64,000 nt of DNA, taken from IMG/VR virus record IMGVR_UViG_3300047283_000054; one strand, 5' to 3'. Source of the stretch: a virus. Taxonomy: Duplodnaviria > Caudoviricetes. The translations under genes and the position numbers were made by a program. Positions 17,872-28,791 of the stretch are shown piece by piece. A model generated the notes under the pieces. It was not told where the DNA came from. It made no database searches and worked only from the letters and a program-made list of their open reading frames with translations. How positions within the stretch are numbered: position 1 is the stretch's first letter; every line of letters starts with the position of its first letter.

Positions 17872-19173
17872 TTATTTCTCTTGTATAAATTCTATCATAT
17901 CTGTATGCTCAGTAAACACTTTTAAAAAATCTTCATTACGAATTCGATCATATTTATTGTTTACTTCTTTAAAAGTGTCTTTGTATATAAAATCATTGCC
18001 GGAATCAAAACTATTCATAAAACTAATAGCATCAGTAAATTGTTTTATGGTACTATCATATACTTTAAAAAATTTAATAGTATCACTTGATTTTATACTA
18101 CGTAACCAGTCAATATGTTCTAAAAACTTTTGTTCAATTTGTTTCTTTTTCCATGTAGGTATGCCTTTTAATGAGTACATATCAGGATCATCTAAACAAT
18201 TGACATTAATTTTATTTGGATTTATATAACCCAACGTTACCCATTCTCTATGCAGATCAGGTAAATTAAATGCATTAACCCAAGACAATGTGTAATTGAT
18301 AGACAACCGAGCATAAGGGTTGTCTTTTATTACTGTTTTTAAATTATCAACGATATCATTCCACTTTGTTCCCTTGCGCCAATATTCGGCTCGTTCATAA
18401 CTACCGTCAAGGCTTAAATTTAAAACAACATTTGAAAATTGTCTCCATAAATCAATAGCAAAACGATTACCTAACTTCAATGAACTAAAATTAGTACTAT
18501 AGACAATCATGGGAAGTTTATTAATTACACCTGTATTTTTTAAATTAATTAAATTTTCTAATATCAAATAATGTTCTACTTGCATCATAGGCTCGCCTCC
18601 AGCAAAATAAATACGTTCTACGTGTGGCAATTGTTCTATAATTTCTTCTAAAAGATGTTCTTTTGTATTACCGGGATACAACAGTGTTTTTGGGAATTCA
18701 TTAAATGCTTTCTCATGCCTTGTATTTTGATAATCATCATACCAACTTGTGCTAAATCTAGGACCACATGTTCTACATTTAAAATTGCACAAATTGTTAA
18801 ATCTTGCGTCTATGTATTTTAATTCATGTGTTGGTAACGACCCATCAACATTTGTTTGTTCAACTACATTTTGTATTTGGTGATTCCAAAGTTCATTCGC
18901 CTCATCTCGGTGAGCAGTGCTTATACCCTCTCTACTATTGCATTTTGAACAACCTTTTATGATTACCCCATTAAGCATATCTAAACGCATTTGTTTGGTA
19001 AGATCATTGTTCCAAAGTTCTTTAAGGCTATTATCTTTAAGATTTCCTATACCTTCTTTGTTGGGATTATACAAACAACAGGGTTTTACGTCTCCGGTTG
19101 GATCTACATATTGATGTAACCATGGATATATACAAAATGTTTTACTTGTTGCCGCTTTTTCTGTAAGGTTCAT
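17872..19173 (-). CDS. Radical SAM protein, N-terminal twitch-like module (subfamily B)
   Basis: CIYPWLHQYVDPTGDVKPCC...CSKC; CNFKCRTC; AGGEP. Confidence 0.9.
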   Translation of the reverse strand: MNLTEKAATSKTFCIYPWLHQYVDPTGDVKPCCLYNPNKEGIGNLKDNSLKELWNNDLTKQMRLDMLNGVIIKGCSKCNSREGISTAHRDEANELWNHQIQNVVEQTNVDGSLPTHELKYIDARFNNLCNFKCRTCGPRFSTSWYDDYQNTRHEKAFNEFPKTLLYPGNTKEHLLEEIIEQLPHVERIYFAGGEPMMQVEHYLILENLINLKNTGVINKLPMIVYSTNFSSLKLGNRFAIDLWRQFSNVVLNLSLDGSYERAEYWRKGTKWNDIVDNLKTVIKDNPYARLSINYTLSWVNAFNLPDLHREWVTLGYINPNKINVNCLDDPDMYSLKGIPTWKKKQIEQKFLEHIDWLRSIKSSDTIKFFKVYDSTIKQFTDAISFMNSFDSGNDFIYKDTFKEVNNKYDRIRNEDFLKVFTEHTDMIEFIQEK

Positions 19174-20324
19174 ATAACGTTGTTTGTTTTTAGTAAATCT
19201 ATCATTGGTTTAAAAGTTTTATTGAAATCTGAATTTCTATTTATAAGTTTATCATTTCTATTTAAAGTATTAATACCGGTATTTATAGTATATCTTAATC
19301 TTGTATTATCAGGGGTATTAAGCATATGTTGTTTGTAATATTTAAGTCCAGATTGCACACCTCTACTGTTAGAATCAGTGGTAAGTTTTGATACTTCTTC
19401 AGCTATTTGTTTACGTAATTCTATTGGTAAAATGTTAATAGCGTATTCAGGTGGCCACTCAAGTTTTGTAACCAATATATGATTTATTTTAGGATAATTA
19501 ATATTGACCCAATTAAAAAATTCTTTAATGTGTAATGAGTTCATCCAAGTCAACGTGTAGTTCATTGATATTGCAAATTTTGCAGGATATAAGGTGAGTA
19601 ACTCATAAAATTTACTGGTTACCTGTTCAAGGGTAGAAAACTTTGCGCCAAAACGTACATATTCAAATGTATTTTCTATACCATCAATGCTAAGTTGCAA
19701 TAAAAATTTTCGGAAATATTTTATGTATTTTAAAATTCTATCATCAAACGTAGTACCATTAGTAGTAAGATTTACCTGTGCCATTGGGGCATACGGTTGT
19801 TCTATTAACCAATCTAAAAAATCATACACTACGGGATTTATTAACGGTTCACCACCTAATATTTCTAGGTTTATTGTTCGATGAGTAACACTATTAGCGT
19901 CGGATAGCATTTTTTTTAAAAATTCAGCTTTTATCGGTCGCTTTTTGTGAATTGAAGTATATATTTTTTTCTGTGTAGAATTTTTAATTTCAGTAGCCAA
20001 TTGAGAACTATTTGTAGGTGAGCAAGTAATGCATTTTAAATTACATAAATTGTCAAAAGAAATAGATACTGTAATAAAGTTTTCATTTTCGAGATCCATG
20101 TAATTCATTCGGTGACTCCATGTGCCACCGTTAGACTCTGTTTCAATACAATATCTACAATTTTCTTCAACGTCTAATTTTGATAATTTCTCTTGATATT
20201 CTTCATATGAATTAGCATCAATGGGATTTTTAAACCAACAACAAGGTCTAAACGGTGGATCCTCATTACCTATGAAGATTGCATTTTTATGTGCCCTACA
20301 TTCTTTAAATGGAGTTAGATCCAT
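19170..20324 (-). CDS. Radical SAM protein (subfamily C)
   Basis: RPCCWF...CRYC; CNLKCITC; LGGEP; close paralogue of 16667-17869. Confidence 0.9.
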   Translation of the reverse strand: MDLTPFKECRAHKNAIFIGNEDPPFRPCCWFKNPIDANSYEEYQEKLSKLDVEENCRYCIETESNGGTWSHRMNYMDLENENFITVSISFDNLCNLKCITCSPTNSSQLATEIKNSTQKKIYTSIHKKRPIKAEFLKKMLSDANSVTHRTINLEILGGEPLINPVVYDFLDWLIEQPYAPMAQVNLTTNGTTFDDRILKYIKYFRKFLLQLSIDGIENTFEYVRFGAKFSTLEQVTSKFYELLTLYPAKFAISMNYTLTWMNSLHIKEFFNWVNINYPKINHILVTKLEWPPEYAINILPIELRKQIAEEVSKLTTDSNSRGVQSGLKYYKQHMLNTPDNTRLRYTINTGINTLNRNDKLINRNSDFNKTFKPMIDLLKTNNVI

Positions 20325-21601
20325 GCAGATAACTCCGGAAAGTTTTCTTCAAAGTTCTTATCACGGCGTTTGTCATATTCACCAATGAATTTTGCAAACT
20401 GTTGCCTGCGCCATTCACGGTCATCAGTTGTCATTGTGTCATGTCTTGCTTTCCAAAAATCATAGACCATCTGCCATGTTTCTCTCTCAACATTTGAAAT
20501 TTGTCCATTATCTGTAATAAATGAATTCATTCTGGTAAAATACTTGTCACAATAATCTGGAAGTATTCTTAAATCAAACTGTTTAGGGTCAACTAATCTT
20601 GCACAGTTAAACATAATATCAACACCTTCACTACGCATTTGAATGATTTTTTCAGCAAACGTTTGGAAATTAAAAATACTCATCAATCCAAATGTAACCA
20701 TCACACGAATAGGTACATGGAATGTTGTACTGACTTTACGCACTGTGGCTTCCCATCGTGTTATATCCAAACCATCACGTATGTATTCTGCCTGAGGTCC
20801 CCATGTATCCATACTGGTGTACACTTCAAGACCCTTGATAGTTTTAGCGTTTAATAATGTAGTTGCCTTTTCAAAGAACATATTCAAGTTCTTGTCAGGT
20901 ACACATAGATTGGTGTTGACAACTAATGTTAAGTTTGGATTATGATTTTGTGATACAAAGTCTAATAACTTCATAAAGTTACGTGTTGCCAATGGCTCAC
21001 CACCTGTGATACGTAAATACTTTAAGTCTTTATATGCATCAGGTAACCACTTCCAAAATGCTTCAATATATGGATTATCATCTTCTGGAATCATATCGTG
21101 CATTTTGTCTTTATGCACAGTAGGATCTTCTACTGGGTAACTACCATACTTGCGTACTTCATTCTCCCACTTACTTGATTGACCAGGACTGCAATAACTG
21201 CAACCAAAGTTACACACGTTACTAAAGCTTAACTCTAAGTAGCTTGGATTTACATGTCTATCAAATGGTGCATCAATCAACTCTTGTCTACGTTCAATAG
21301 CGTATTCTTCATTAGTGAAACGTTTGCGGTCACTGATAACATCAGGATTGATTTTTTCCATGTCAAAGCAATAGTAGCATTCTTTTGGCTTCTCGCCATT
21401 CATCATCTGTCTACGCTGTTCAATCTTGTGTTGAGTATTGTGAAGCATACTAGGATCACGTTGAACATCTTCTAAGTTCCAACGATGAATTGGCGGATGA
21501 TAGCAACTGTGATTCTCGCCCATACCAAAATGCATGGTAGCCATTAGCCATTTTGCTGAACAGAATGAATCTTTAATCTTATCGGGTATTATTGGTATCA
21601 T
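20315..21601 (-). CDS. Radical SAM protein, N-terminal twitch-like module (subfamily A)
   Basis: CSAKW...SCYHPP...CYYC; CNFGCSYC; TGGEP. Confidence 0.9.
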   Translation of the reverse strand: MIPIIPDKIKDSFCSAKWLMATMHFGMGENHSCYHPPIHRWNLEDVQRDPSMLHNTQHKIEQRRQMMNGEKPKECYYCFDMEKINPDVISDRKRFTNEEYAIERRQELIDAPFDRHVNPSYLELSFSNVCNFGCSYCSPGQSSKWENEVRKYGSYPVEDPTVHKDKMHDMIPEDDNPYIEAFWKWLPDAYKDLKYLRITGGEPLATRNFMKLLDFVSQNHNPNLTLVVNTNLCVPDKNLNMFFEKATTLLNAKTIKGLEVYTSMDTWGPQAEYIRDGLDITRWEATVRKVSTTFHVPIRVMVTFGLMSIFNFQTFAEKIIQMRSEGVDIMFNCARLVDPKQFDLRILPDYCDKYFTRMNSFITDNGQISNVERETWQMVYDFWKARHDTMTTDDREWRRQQFAKFIGEYDKRRDKNFEENFPELSAWI

Positions 21602-22785
21602 AGTATTTCTTTTAATTCTGGTATATAATCTTTATAGTCTAACCCACGTGCGTTGTCAACTGCTATTATAAACTCTTTTGCTTTCTTTAGCAAGTCGGGT
21701 TGGTACGGTTCATGTAGTTTATTTAATAAATCTTTGCGTTGCCATTCATGTAATCTATTTGCATAATGACTACGTAGTTCTTCTTTATAGAAATCGGGTA
21801 ATGTTGCAAGACTTAAATAGTCCGGGTACAATACATAGTTATGATGTGGGGTCTTGTTATAGTTTGTTTCTAACCAATTACCAAACTCTGCAAGATGGTA
21901 TATATTTAAAATGCTAACAGTCTGTGTTACATGCCAATTTAAGTTTGGCAACTTGGTCAGTTTCTCAATGCTTGCAACTGTCTCTTCCCATTGTGTAGGA
22001 TAACGAATATAATAATTGCGATGACCCAAATCATCAATACTTGCGTTAACAGTAACCTGTTTGAATTCTTTCCATAACTCAACCAATCTGTCAGGTATAT
22101 CCATCATGTTTAAACTATAAACAAGATGTACGTTCTGTGATGTACCTAATGTAATTAAGTGCTTTAAGTATTCAAAGTGAGCCTTAATCAATGTGGGTTC
22201 GCCACCGTTGATATAGATTTCTTCTACATTTTGACTCTTGTTTGCTAAATCCCAGTAGAAATCTTCATTCTCAAACCACTTGAAGTTTTCCATTGCTCGT
22301 AACTTAAACCAAGGCAAATCATTAGCAATCTTCTTCTCATCAGGATACCACTTAGTACTGCTATAACTATTACATGTTAGGCAGGCATTGTTGCACACAT
22401 TACCCAAACGTAGCTCTACATATATTAAATTAATGTCTTTTAGTTTTGCTGATTTTTCAAGTTTAGGGATAATGTGTGCCCAACGCTCATTCTCATATTG
22501 ACGCTTGCTTTTGATACCAGCATCTTCGTCACGCCAGCAACCTTCACACTCAACAGGACGTTTGCCATCAATCATTGCTTGTCTAACTTCAACAAACTTT
22601 TCACTGTTCATTATATCTTCTACACTATCGTCATCTAACATGACAAGATTTTGTGTATTAGATTTCTTTGCCCAACTAATCGCATCTGTATGATTGCTAC
22701 GGCAACAGAGGCTTGCGCCTCCATTTGGATGTGTTGCTAAGTGCATCCAGGGTAATACACATAATGTATCACTGGTGTTTTGCAT
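21598..22785 (-). CDS. Radical SAM protein, N-terminal twitch-like module (subfamily B)
   Basis: CVLPWMH...LCC...CEGC; CNNACLTC; NGGEP. Start placed at MQNTSDTLC (22785) by comparison with paralogues. Confidence 0.88.
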   Translation of the reverse strand: MQNTSDTLCVLPWMHLATHPNGGASLCCRSNHTDAISWAKKSNTQNLVMLDDDSVEDIMNSEKFVEVRQAMIDGKRPVECEGCWRDEDAGIKSKRQYENERWAHIIPKLEKSAKLKDINLIYVELRLGNVCNNACLTCNSYSSTKWYPDEKKIANDLPWFKLRAMENFKWFENEDFYWDLANKSQNVEEIYINGGEPTLIKAHFEYLKHLITLGTSQNVHLVYSLNMMDIPDRLVELWKEFKQVTVNASIDDLGHRNYYIRYPTQWEETVASIEKLTKLPNLNWHVTQTVSILNIYHLAEFGNWLETNYNKTPHHNYVLYPDYLSLATLPDFYKEELRSHYANRLHEWQRKDLLNKLHEPYQPDLLKKAKEFIIAVDNARGLDYKDYIPELKEIL

Positions 22786-23467
22786 ATTGAACTTTACCCG
22801 GTACGTATGGATTTTCAACTCCATTAAATTGATGCATTAGTTTTCCATTAACACTGTCATCGTGCGTTAGAATGTAATTATATGTTTGGTCAAACGTTTG
22901 CTTATATAAATCTGGTTTATCGTATAAGAAATAAGGGCACATACAACTAAAAGTAATTTCTTTTGTTCTACATCTTGCCATAGTTGATATTAAATGCATG
23001 GCATATGATTTAGCACCGGGGTAGCCTACTCCCTCTGGGTAAAATTCACGTTCATATTGCAATGCCATAGCAGTACCCATATATAATACTTTACTACCAT
23101 TAATTAAATTGTTGTACAACGATGCAATAATTAGATGAGGAATAGTTACTGCTCTATCTATTGAATGGTGGTATTCAACAGGATTTGGTTCGTTGAATAA
23201 CTGGTTTGTTGAACTTGGATATCCTGATCCATTCTGATTAAACAATATAATATCAATTACTGGTAATTCATTAGCTAATTCCACGCACTTACTTTTTACT
23301 TGTTTAGTATCATCATATTTGATATATCTATCATCTATGTGATTAGTTTTATGATCCTTATGCGAAAAAACTATTACACGATTACCGTCATCTCTTGCTT
23401 TAGTTACAAACTGATTTCCAAATTTACCGGGTATTCCGGCTCCTACTACTAAAATATTTTTACTCAT
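22769..23467 (-). CDS. Short-chain dehydrogenase/reductase (SDR)-like protein
   Basis: N-terminal Rossmann-like ILVVGAGIPGKFG, IDIILFNQNG and YPGAK (YxxxK). Confidence 0.7.
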   Translation of the reverse strand: MSKNILVVGAGIPGKFGNQFVTKARDDGNRVIVFSHKDHKTNHIDDRYIKYDDTKQVKSKCVELANELPVIDIILFNQNGSGYPSSTNQLFNEPNPVEYHHSIDRAVTIPHLIIASLYNNLINGSKVLYMGTAMALQYEREFYPEGVGYPGAKSYAMHLISTMARCRTKEITFSCMCPYFLYDKPDLYKQTFDQTYNYILTHDDSVNGKLMHQFNGVENPYVPGKVQYAKHQ

Positions 23468-24710
23468 TTATGTACCCTTTCATGTTGTTGTGTTCTGGAA
23501 AATAATCTAAAAAATCTTTTCCTCTAATTTTATCAAGTATCCTATTTTTTTTGAATGAGTCTGGATTAATAATATTACTGGATGCTGTCATCATAAAAGA
23601 TTTTATATTTTTCATATTGTTTATTACGTCAGTTGCTCCGGGCATACTATTAGTATCATATTGTTTCATATATGTAATAAACTCATCAATTACCATTGAT
23701 ATTTCTTCTTTTTTAAAGTCTGGCAATGATTGCAAAGAGAATTCTCCTGAATCTTCTAAACACCAAATAGTCGTATTGCCACCAAAAGAAAGGCGTTCGT
23801 TTAAAAGAATTTTAACTAACTCTATATAACTGTAAATATTTACCCAAGATATTACGCTATGGATAGAATATTGTACTTTACTTCCGGGTAGGGCAAAACT
23901 ACTATTTTCTTTAATTTTTTTTATGTTGTTAAATAATTCTTCCCAATTAGTTCCGTCTCTCCAATACTCTGCTCGACGACCTTCAGCATCAATACTCATC
24001 TGAACATGAACCCCTTTAAAATGTTTCCAATAATCAAATACTGAATTATTTTTATATGATAGTTTACTTGTGTTGGTAGAATATATAAGACTAACATTCT
24101 TTGCAGTGTTAGAATCAACAAAATATTTCAAAATATCCCAATGTTCTTCTTGCATCATAGGCTCACCACCGGCAAAATAAATATGCTTTACGTGTTCATA
24201 ATGTTTTTCTACTTCGGAGATAATGTTTTTATTATGATAAAGACTCTTATTAGATATTTGGTAATAGGATTGCAACTCAGGATTTTTAATATTTTCAACT
24301 GCAACACTACTACTAAACATGGGGTTGCAGGATCTACATTTAAAATTGCATAGATTATTAAATCTTATATCTAAATATGTTAATTTAAAATTATTAAGAG
24401 AGCCATCGTCATTGGTTATAGATTTCATTTCTTCAACGGGTGCAGTCATTCTAAGAGTAGAAGTTTGTCGCATTGATTTAAAACCCATATCTTCTTTTTT
24501 ATAACAATTAGAACACAATTCATTCTTTACGTCTGATAGCATATCTAAACGTAGTTGTTTCATTTTATCTGAGTTCCATGCTTTTTCTAAAGTTATTTCT
24601 CCATAATTACCTATGGGTTTACCTATACAGCATGGAGCTATTTTACCATTTGGTCCTACATAAATATGTGACCAAGGTAGTGGGCAGTAGGCAGAATTGA
24701 TATCACTCAT
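23460..24710 (-). CDS. Radical SAM protein, N-terminal twitch-like module (subfamily B)
   Basis: CPLPWSH...GKIAPCC...CSNC; CNFKCRSC; AGGEP. Confidence 0.9.
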   Translation of the reverse strand: MSDINSAYCPLPWSHIYVGPNGKIAPCCIGKPIGNYGEITLEKAWNSDKMKQLRLDMLSDVKNELCSNCYKKEDMGFKSMRQTSTLRMTAPVEEMKSITNDDGSLNNFKLTYLDIRFNNLCNFKCRSCNPMFSSSVAVENIKNPELQSYYQISNKSLYHNKNIISEVEKHYEHVKHIYFAGGEPMMQEEHWDILKYFVDSNTAKNVSLIYSTNTSKLSYKNNSVFDYWKHFKGVHVQMSIDAEGRRAEYWRDGTNWEELFNNIKKIKENSSFALPGSKVQYSIHSVISWVNIYSYIELVKILLNERLSFGGNTTIWCLEDSGEFSLQSLPDFKKEEISMVIDEFITYMKQYDTNSMPGATDVINNMKNIKSFMMTASSNIINPDSFKKNRILDKIRGKDFLDYFPEHNNMKGYINE

Positions 24711-26110
24711 TGTATATTATCCCACCATGTTAATAATTTAGGGTTTTGACTATATATGTTACGCATTGTGACTTTTTCATCACCGCGAATTTTTTCTAAA
24801 TGTTCAACCCAACGTTTGCCATTCAATCTTGCAGTTTTATACTTATCAGGCCATTCTTCTTCATGCGTTTTGCGGCTGTCTTTTAATGCCTGTAAATTGC
24901 CAATAAAACTACGTTGTTTCCAAGTAGCACGTGATTTGCAATATAAAAGTATATCATCTACCATTTCATTTAGTATTTCACGTGGCCAACTGGTTGGACT
25001 CCACATGATATCTGGATGAAATGCAAATGTAATCTTTGTAATAATTTCAACATCTAACTCAATGCTCAAATCAAACAACTCTTTTAATGAGAACATTCCC
25101 GGGGCTGTAATAGTTAAGTCTAACTTCATTTTGTCTTTGCCACCGGGCAATGCCAATCCTTGTTTAAAATTTTCTAACCATTTGTCCCATTTGATTCCAG
25201 TACGAATGTATTCTACAATATCACCTGTACCATCAATACTTGCACACATCATCCAATCTTTATAGTGTGGTAGATAGTCATATAAGTTTTTCTGACCAAA
25301 TTGAACACGACTTAAATTGCTATTATAACGCATATAACAATTCTTAGCAGAACCATTTTTTAACATTTCTTCTAATGTCCACCAATGCACATCATACATC
25401 AATGGTTCTCCACCAACCCAATACATTTCTTCAACAATACCGCGACTTACTGCATCACGAAACTCTGGTTCAACTACAGTTTGTTGAAAGTCTTGCATCG
25501 CAGATTTAATTTCAGGAATCATAAAAGGTTGATTTTTAGGAGTCCACATGTTATTAATCTTTTTTTCAGTTTCCCATGTTGAACTCAATTGTTCACCACA
25601 CATGCGACACTTAAAGTTACATAGATTGCTGAAACGGTAGTCAAAACTTATTGGCTCCATTGAAGTAAATCCAGTATCGTCTGTGGTATCAAATGCTTGT
25701 TGAATTTTATCTTTAAACAATACACCAGTGAACCATCCACGATAGCTTTCACCCTCCATCAATAAGTTTTTATTACACACATCACATTGAGGTATCTCTT
25801 CTCCTCGCATTAGTTTTACACGAATATCTTTCATGTACTCACTATTCCAATGTTCTTTTAAACTTATAGGTTGATAGTCATCTAATGCTGTTTTGCTTTC
25901 AGTTACAGTACCATACTTTGAATCGTTACTACTATCAATGTATTGCTTCTGGAAAGAATGTTCTTCACGTGATGCACAACACATCCTACGTTCGCTTTGC
26001 GGGCTAATGTAAGTATGTGTCCACGGTGCCATACAAAATACTTTGTTTGGACTGTCAGGGTGGGGTTTTGCATCTGTACCCCATATTGGTATTATTTTAT
26101 TAGTATCCAT
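24707..26110 (-). CDS. Radical SAM protein, N-terminal twitch-like module (subfamily B)
   Basis: CMAPWTH...MCC...CDVC; CNFKCRMC; VGGEP. Confidence 0.9.
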   Translation of the reverse strand: MDTNKIIPIWGTDAKPHPDSPNKVFCMAPWTHTYISPQSERRMCCASREEHSFQKQYIDSSNDSKYGTVTESKTALDDYQPISLKEHWNSEYMKDIRVKLMRGEEIPQCDVCNKNLLMEGESYRGWFTGVLFKDKIQQAFDTTDDTGFTSMEPISFDYRFSNLCNFKCRMCGEQLSSTWETEKKINNMWTPKNQPFMIPEIKSAMQDFQQTVVEPEFRDAVSRGIVEEMYWVGGEPLMYDVHWWTLEEMLKNGSAKNCYMRYNSNLSRVQFGQKNLYDYLPHYKDWMMCASIDGTGDIVEYIRTGIKWDKWLENFKQGLALPGGKDKMKLDLTITAPGMFSLKELFDLSIELDVEIITKITFAFHPDIMWSPTSWPREILNEMVDDILLYCKSRATWKQRSFIGNLQALKDSRKTHEEEWPDKYKTARLNGKRWVEHLEKIRGDEKVTMRNIYSQNPKLLTWWDNIQ

Positions 26111-27260
26111 ATTCTTTTGCTAATTCTTGGTATTCAGGAAACACATCTATAAATGATTGATTTCTACGGAGATCAACTTCTTTGAGTGACTTAAAGGCTA
26201 ACGGTAGTAAGAGTGTTTTATCGGCTGAATTCATATAATCAATTATATATTTACATTTAGAAGTTGTACTTAGTAGAGGAATACTTTCTAAATATTCTTT
26301 TGCTTTTTTCTTTATGTTTGCTGGTAGATTTTGAATCGAGAATTTGGGTTCCCACATTGCATTAAAGTTAAATTCAAAATTACCGTTATTTATTTTTTTA
26401 ATCTCATCTAATAATTCACCAATTCTAAATAAAGTAGGCCAAGCTAAAGTGATTATATAAAGAATATCTACGTTATTTGATTTATTTTTTATATCCCTAA
26501 TATTATTCGCAATAGTATCCCAATCGGCACCTGATCCGGGGCGCCAATAATCAACTGCTGAACCAGAAACGTCTAAACTTACTCTATATAAAATTTTATT
26601 AAAATGCTTCCATTTTTCAGTAATATGTGTTCCCTTAAAGGTGATGTTACTGCCATTACTATAATATAATAGGTCAATCTTTTTGTTGTTAGCAATAAGA
26701 TGGTCTAAAAACTCCCAATGCTGCCAATGTAACATTGGTTCGCCTCCGCTAAAAGTAACAGCTTCTAACTCATCGGTGTATTGTTTAATTTCATTTAACA
26801 CAAAATCTTCTGTAGGGCCGGCGAATTTTAATATAGGGCCATTGTATCTACCGTATGTTTTTTCTTCACTTGCTATTGCAGAACTTACACTACTATAGCA
26901 TATCCTACATTTGCAATTGCATAAGTTAGAAAATCGAACTTCAACGTGTTGTATTTTTGTTTTTTCGTAAATACTTTTATCAGGAAATCTTTGTAAAATT
27001 CCCGAGCGCATTGAATGAAATCCAATATCCTCGTATTTATAGCATCGCTCATTGCAATATCCTGTAGTCCTAACTTCATTTATCATATCAGTTTTGATTT
27101 GTGATAGTGGTTTAGAATTTAGATATTCTGTTACGGAAACTGCGGACACTAACGGATTAAGCGAACACGGCCCCATTCTATTCGTCATATCATAATATAA
27201 TGAATTGAAGGGATAGGGGCACTTAACTGTTTGCGTATGATCCGTAAGATACTCACTCAT
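26100..27260 (-). CDS. Radical SAM protein, N-terminal twitch-like module (divergent subfamily B)
   Basis: CPYPF...GPCS...CNERC; CNCKCRIC; SGGEP. Confidence 0.88.
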   Translation of the reverse strand: MSEYLTDHTQTVKCPYPFNSLYYDMTNRMGPCSLNPLVSAVSVTEYLNSKPLSQIKTDMINEVRTTGYCNERCYKYEDIGFHSMRSGILQRFPDKSIYEKTKIQHVEVRFSNLCNCKCRICYSSVSSAIASEEKTYGRYNGPILKFAGPTEDFVLNEIKQYTDELEAVTFSGGEPMLHWQHWEFLDHLIANNKKIDLLYYSNGSNITFKGTHITEKWKHFNKILYRVSLDVSGSAVDYWRPGSGADWDTIANNIRDIKNKSNNVDILYIITLAWPTLFRIGELLDEIKKINNGNFEFNFNAMWEPKFSIQNLPANIKKKAKEYLESIPLLSTTSKCKYIIDYMNSADKTLLLPLAFKSLKEVDLRRNQSFIDVFPEYQELAKEYGY

Positions 27261-28783
27261 TGTAAATCTGGGTTGACAAACACATCTTTACTTGGATCCT
27301 CTGGTGGATGATCTGGTATTAAATCAACACCCTGACGATAATTTTGTGTGTTAATTTCCTCTGCAGTGGGTAGCTCTGTTTGAATACTATCATAGAATGC
27401 GACAAACTCTGGTGGGAAAGTATTACGGAAATTTTTACCACGACGGACATCATACTGGGCATAGAACTGTTTGAAGTCTCTACGATTCTGTTCAATGTCT
27501 TTAACATTCTTGTGCGGTGTCTTAATAACGTCAAGGTAATCAATCAATCGTTGAGTCTGTTCTCGCTCAATACTCATAAGCATTTGTTTACCATCAGTAG
27601 TACGGAAATCCATAGCAATTTGATTATCTAACCATACTTGCAATTGGTCTTTATACTTTTGACGAATCTCTGTTGGTAACATAGCACAAGATTGAAAGCT
27701 AGGGAAACGCAATATGTTTAAGCTCATTGTAGGATAAACTGTATTATGAATCTTTTTGAATTCCATCATCTGATCCATGAATTGAACAATACTTGCCAAA
27801 CATAAACTATTGATAGTCATCATCATGTGAGTCTTTTTGATGTTGCCTTCAGTATGTAATCTACCTAAGTTATGAATCCATTTGTTCCAATCGAATCCAT
27901 CACGAATATATTCAGCATGAGCACCAAACGCTTCACAACTTGTGTATACTTCCATATATGGAACAAAGTGACTATACTCAATCAACTTGTCCATAATCTC
28001 ATCTTTAGGAACTAAGTTACTATTAATTGCATAACGCAACACTTTGCCATCTGGACGATTAGTAGCACGTTCTTGGTTGTTACGGAACCATTCAAACAAC
28101 TTCCATACGCCCGGGGCCATTAATGGCTCACCACCTGTAATGCGAATTTCTTCTAAGTTGTCTGCAAGACCATCTTCCCACCAACGCCAGAACGCTTGAC
28201 TGTATGGGTTGATTTCATCTGGTAATGGTTTAGCATGGTCAGCTTCGTTAATAAAGTGACTACGTGCGTCACCATCGATATTACGATAAGGACCAAACTT
28301 ATGAATATCTTTAACCCATGTTGTACTGAAACTTGGGTTGCAATAACTACAAGCAAAGTTACATGTACGGTCAAAAGAGATTTCTAATGTTTTTAACATT
28401 GTATTCTCTTGCCAATCTGCTTTAGCAGTATGTAGGATATGTTCTTCTTCAAACACAGCAGTTTTATAAACACGGTCACTCATGTTATCACGACCAATAT
28501 CTTCAATCTTCCAGCAGTATTCACACTCTTGCGGACGTTTACCTTCTTGCATTAACTTACGCATATACTTCTTATGCGGAGTATTGTGAATTGCGGATGG
28601 ATTAGTGAGTAACTCTGCCGCATCAATTTGATGACCCAATGGGTGGTGACAACTTGTTGTTTGTCCGTTGCCTAACCAGATAGTAGCGTTAAGCCATTTA
28701 GCGGCACAATAACTGTCGCTAATAGGATCGATAAGTCTTGCTTTATATTGTGCGAATGATTCTTCGTGTTTCTTGCCTGCCAT
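27257..28783 (-). CDS. Radical SAM protein, N-terminal twitch-like module (subfamily A)
   Basis: CAAKW...SCHHP...CEYC; CNFACSYC; TGGEP. Confidence 0.9.
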   Translation of the reverse strand: MAGKKHEESFAQYKARLIDPISDSYCAAKWLNATIWLGNGQTTSCHHPLGHQIDAAELLTNPSAIHNTPHKKYMRKLMQEGKRPQECEYCWKIEDIGRDNMSDRVYKTAVFEEEHILHTAKADWQENTMLKTLEISFDRTCNFACSYCNPSFSTTWVKDIHKFGPYRNIDGDARSHFINEADHAKPLPDEINPYSQAFWRWWEDGLADNLEEIRITGGEPLMAPGVWKLFEWFRNNQERATNRPDGKVLRYAINSNLVPKDEIMDKLIEYSHFVPYMEVYTSCEAFGAHAEYIRDGFDWNKWIHNLGRLHTEGNIKKTHMMMTINSLCLASIVQFMDQMMEFKKIHNTVYPTMSLNILRFPSFQSCAMLPTEIRQKYKDQLQVWLDNQIAMDFRTTDGKQMLMSIEREQTQRLIDYLDVIKTPHKNVKDIEQNRRDFKQFYAQYDVRRGKNFRNTFPPEFVAFYDSIQTELPTAEEINTQNYRQGVDLIPDHPPEDPSKDVFVNPDLQ

Positions 28784-28791
28784 TTTATTCC

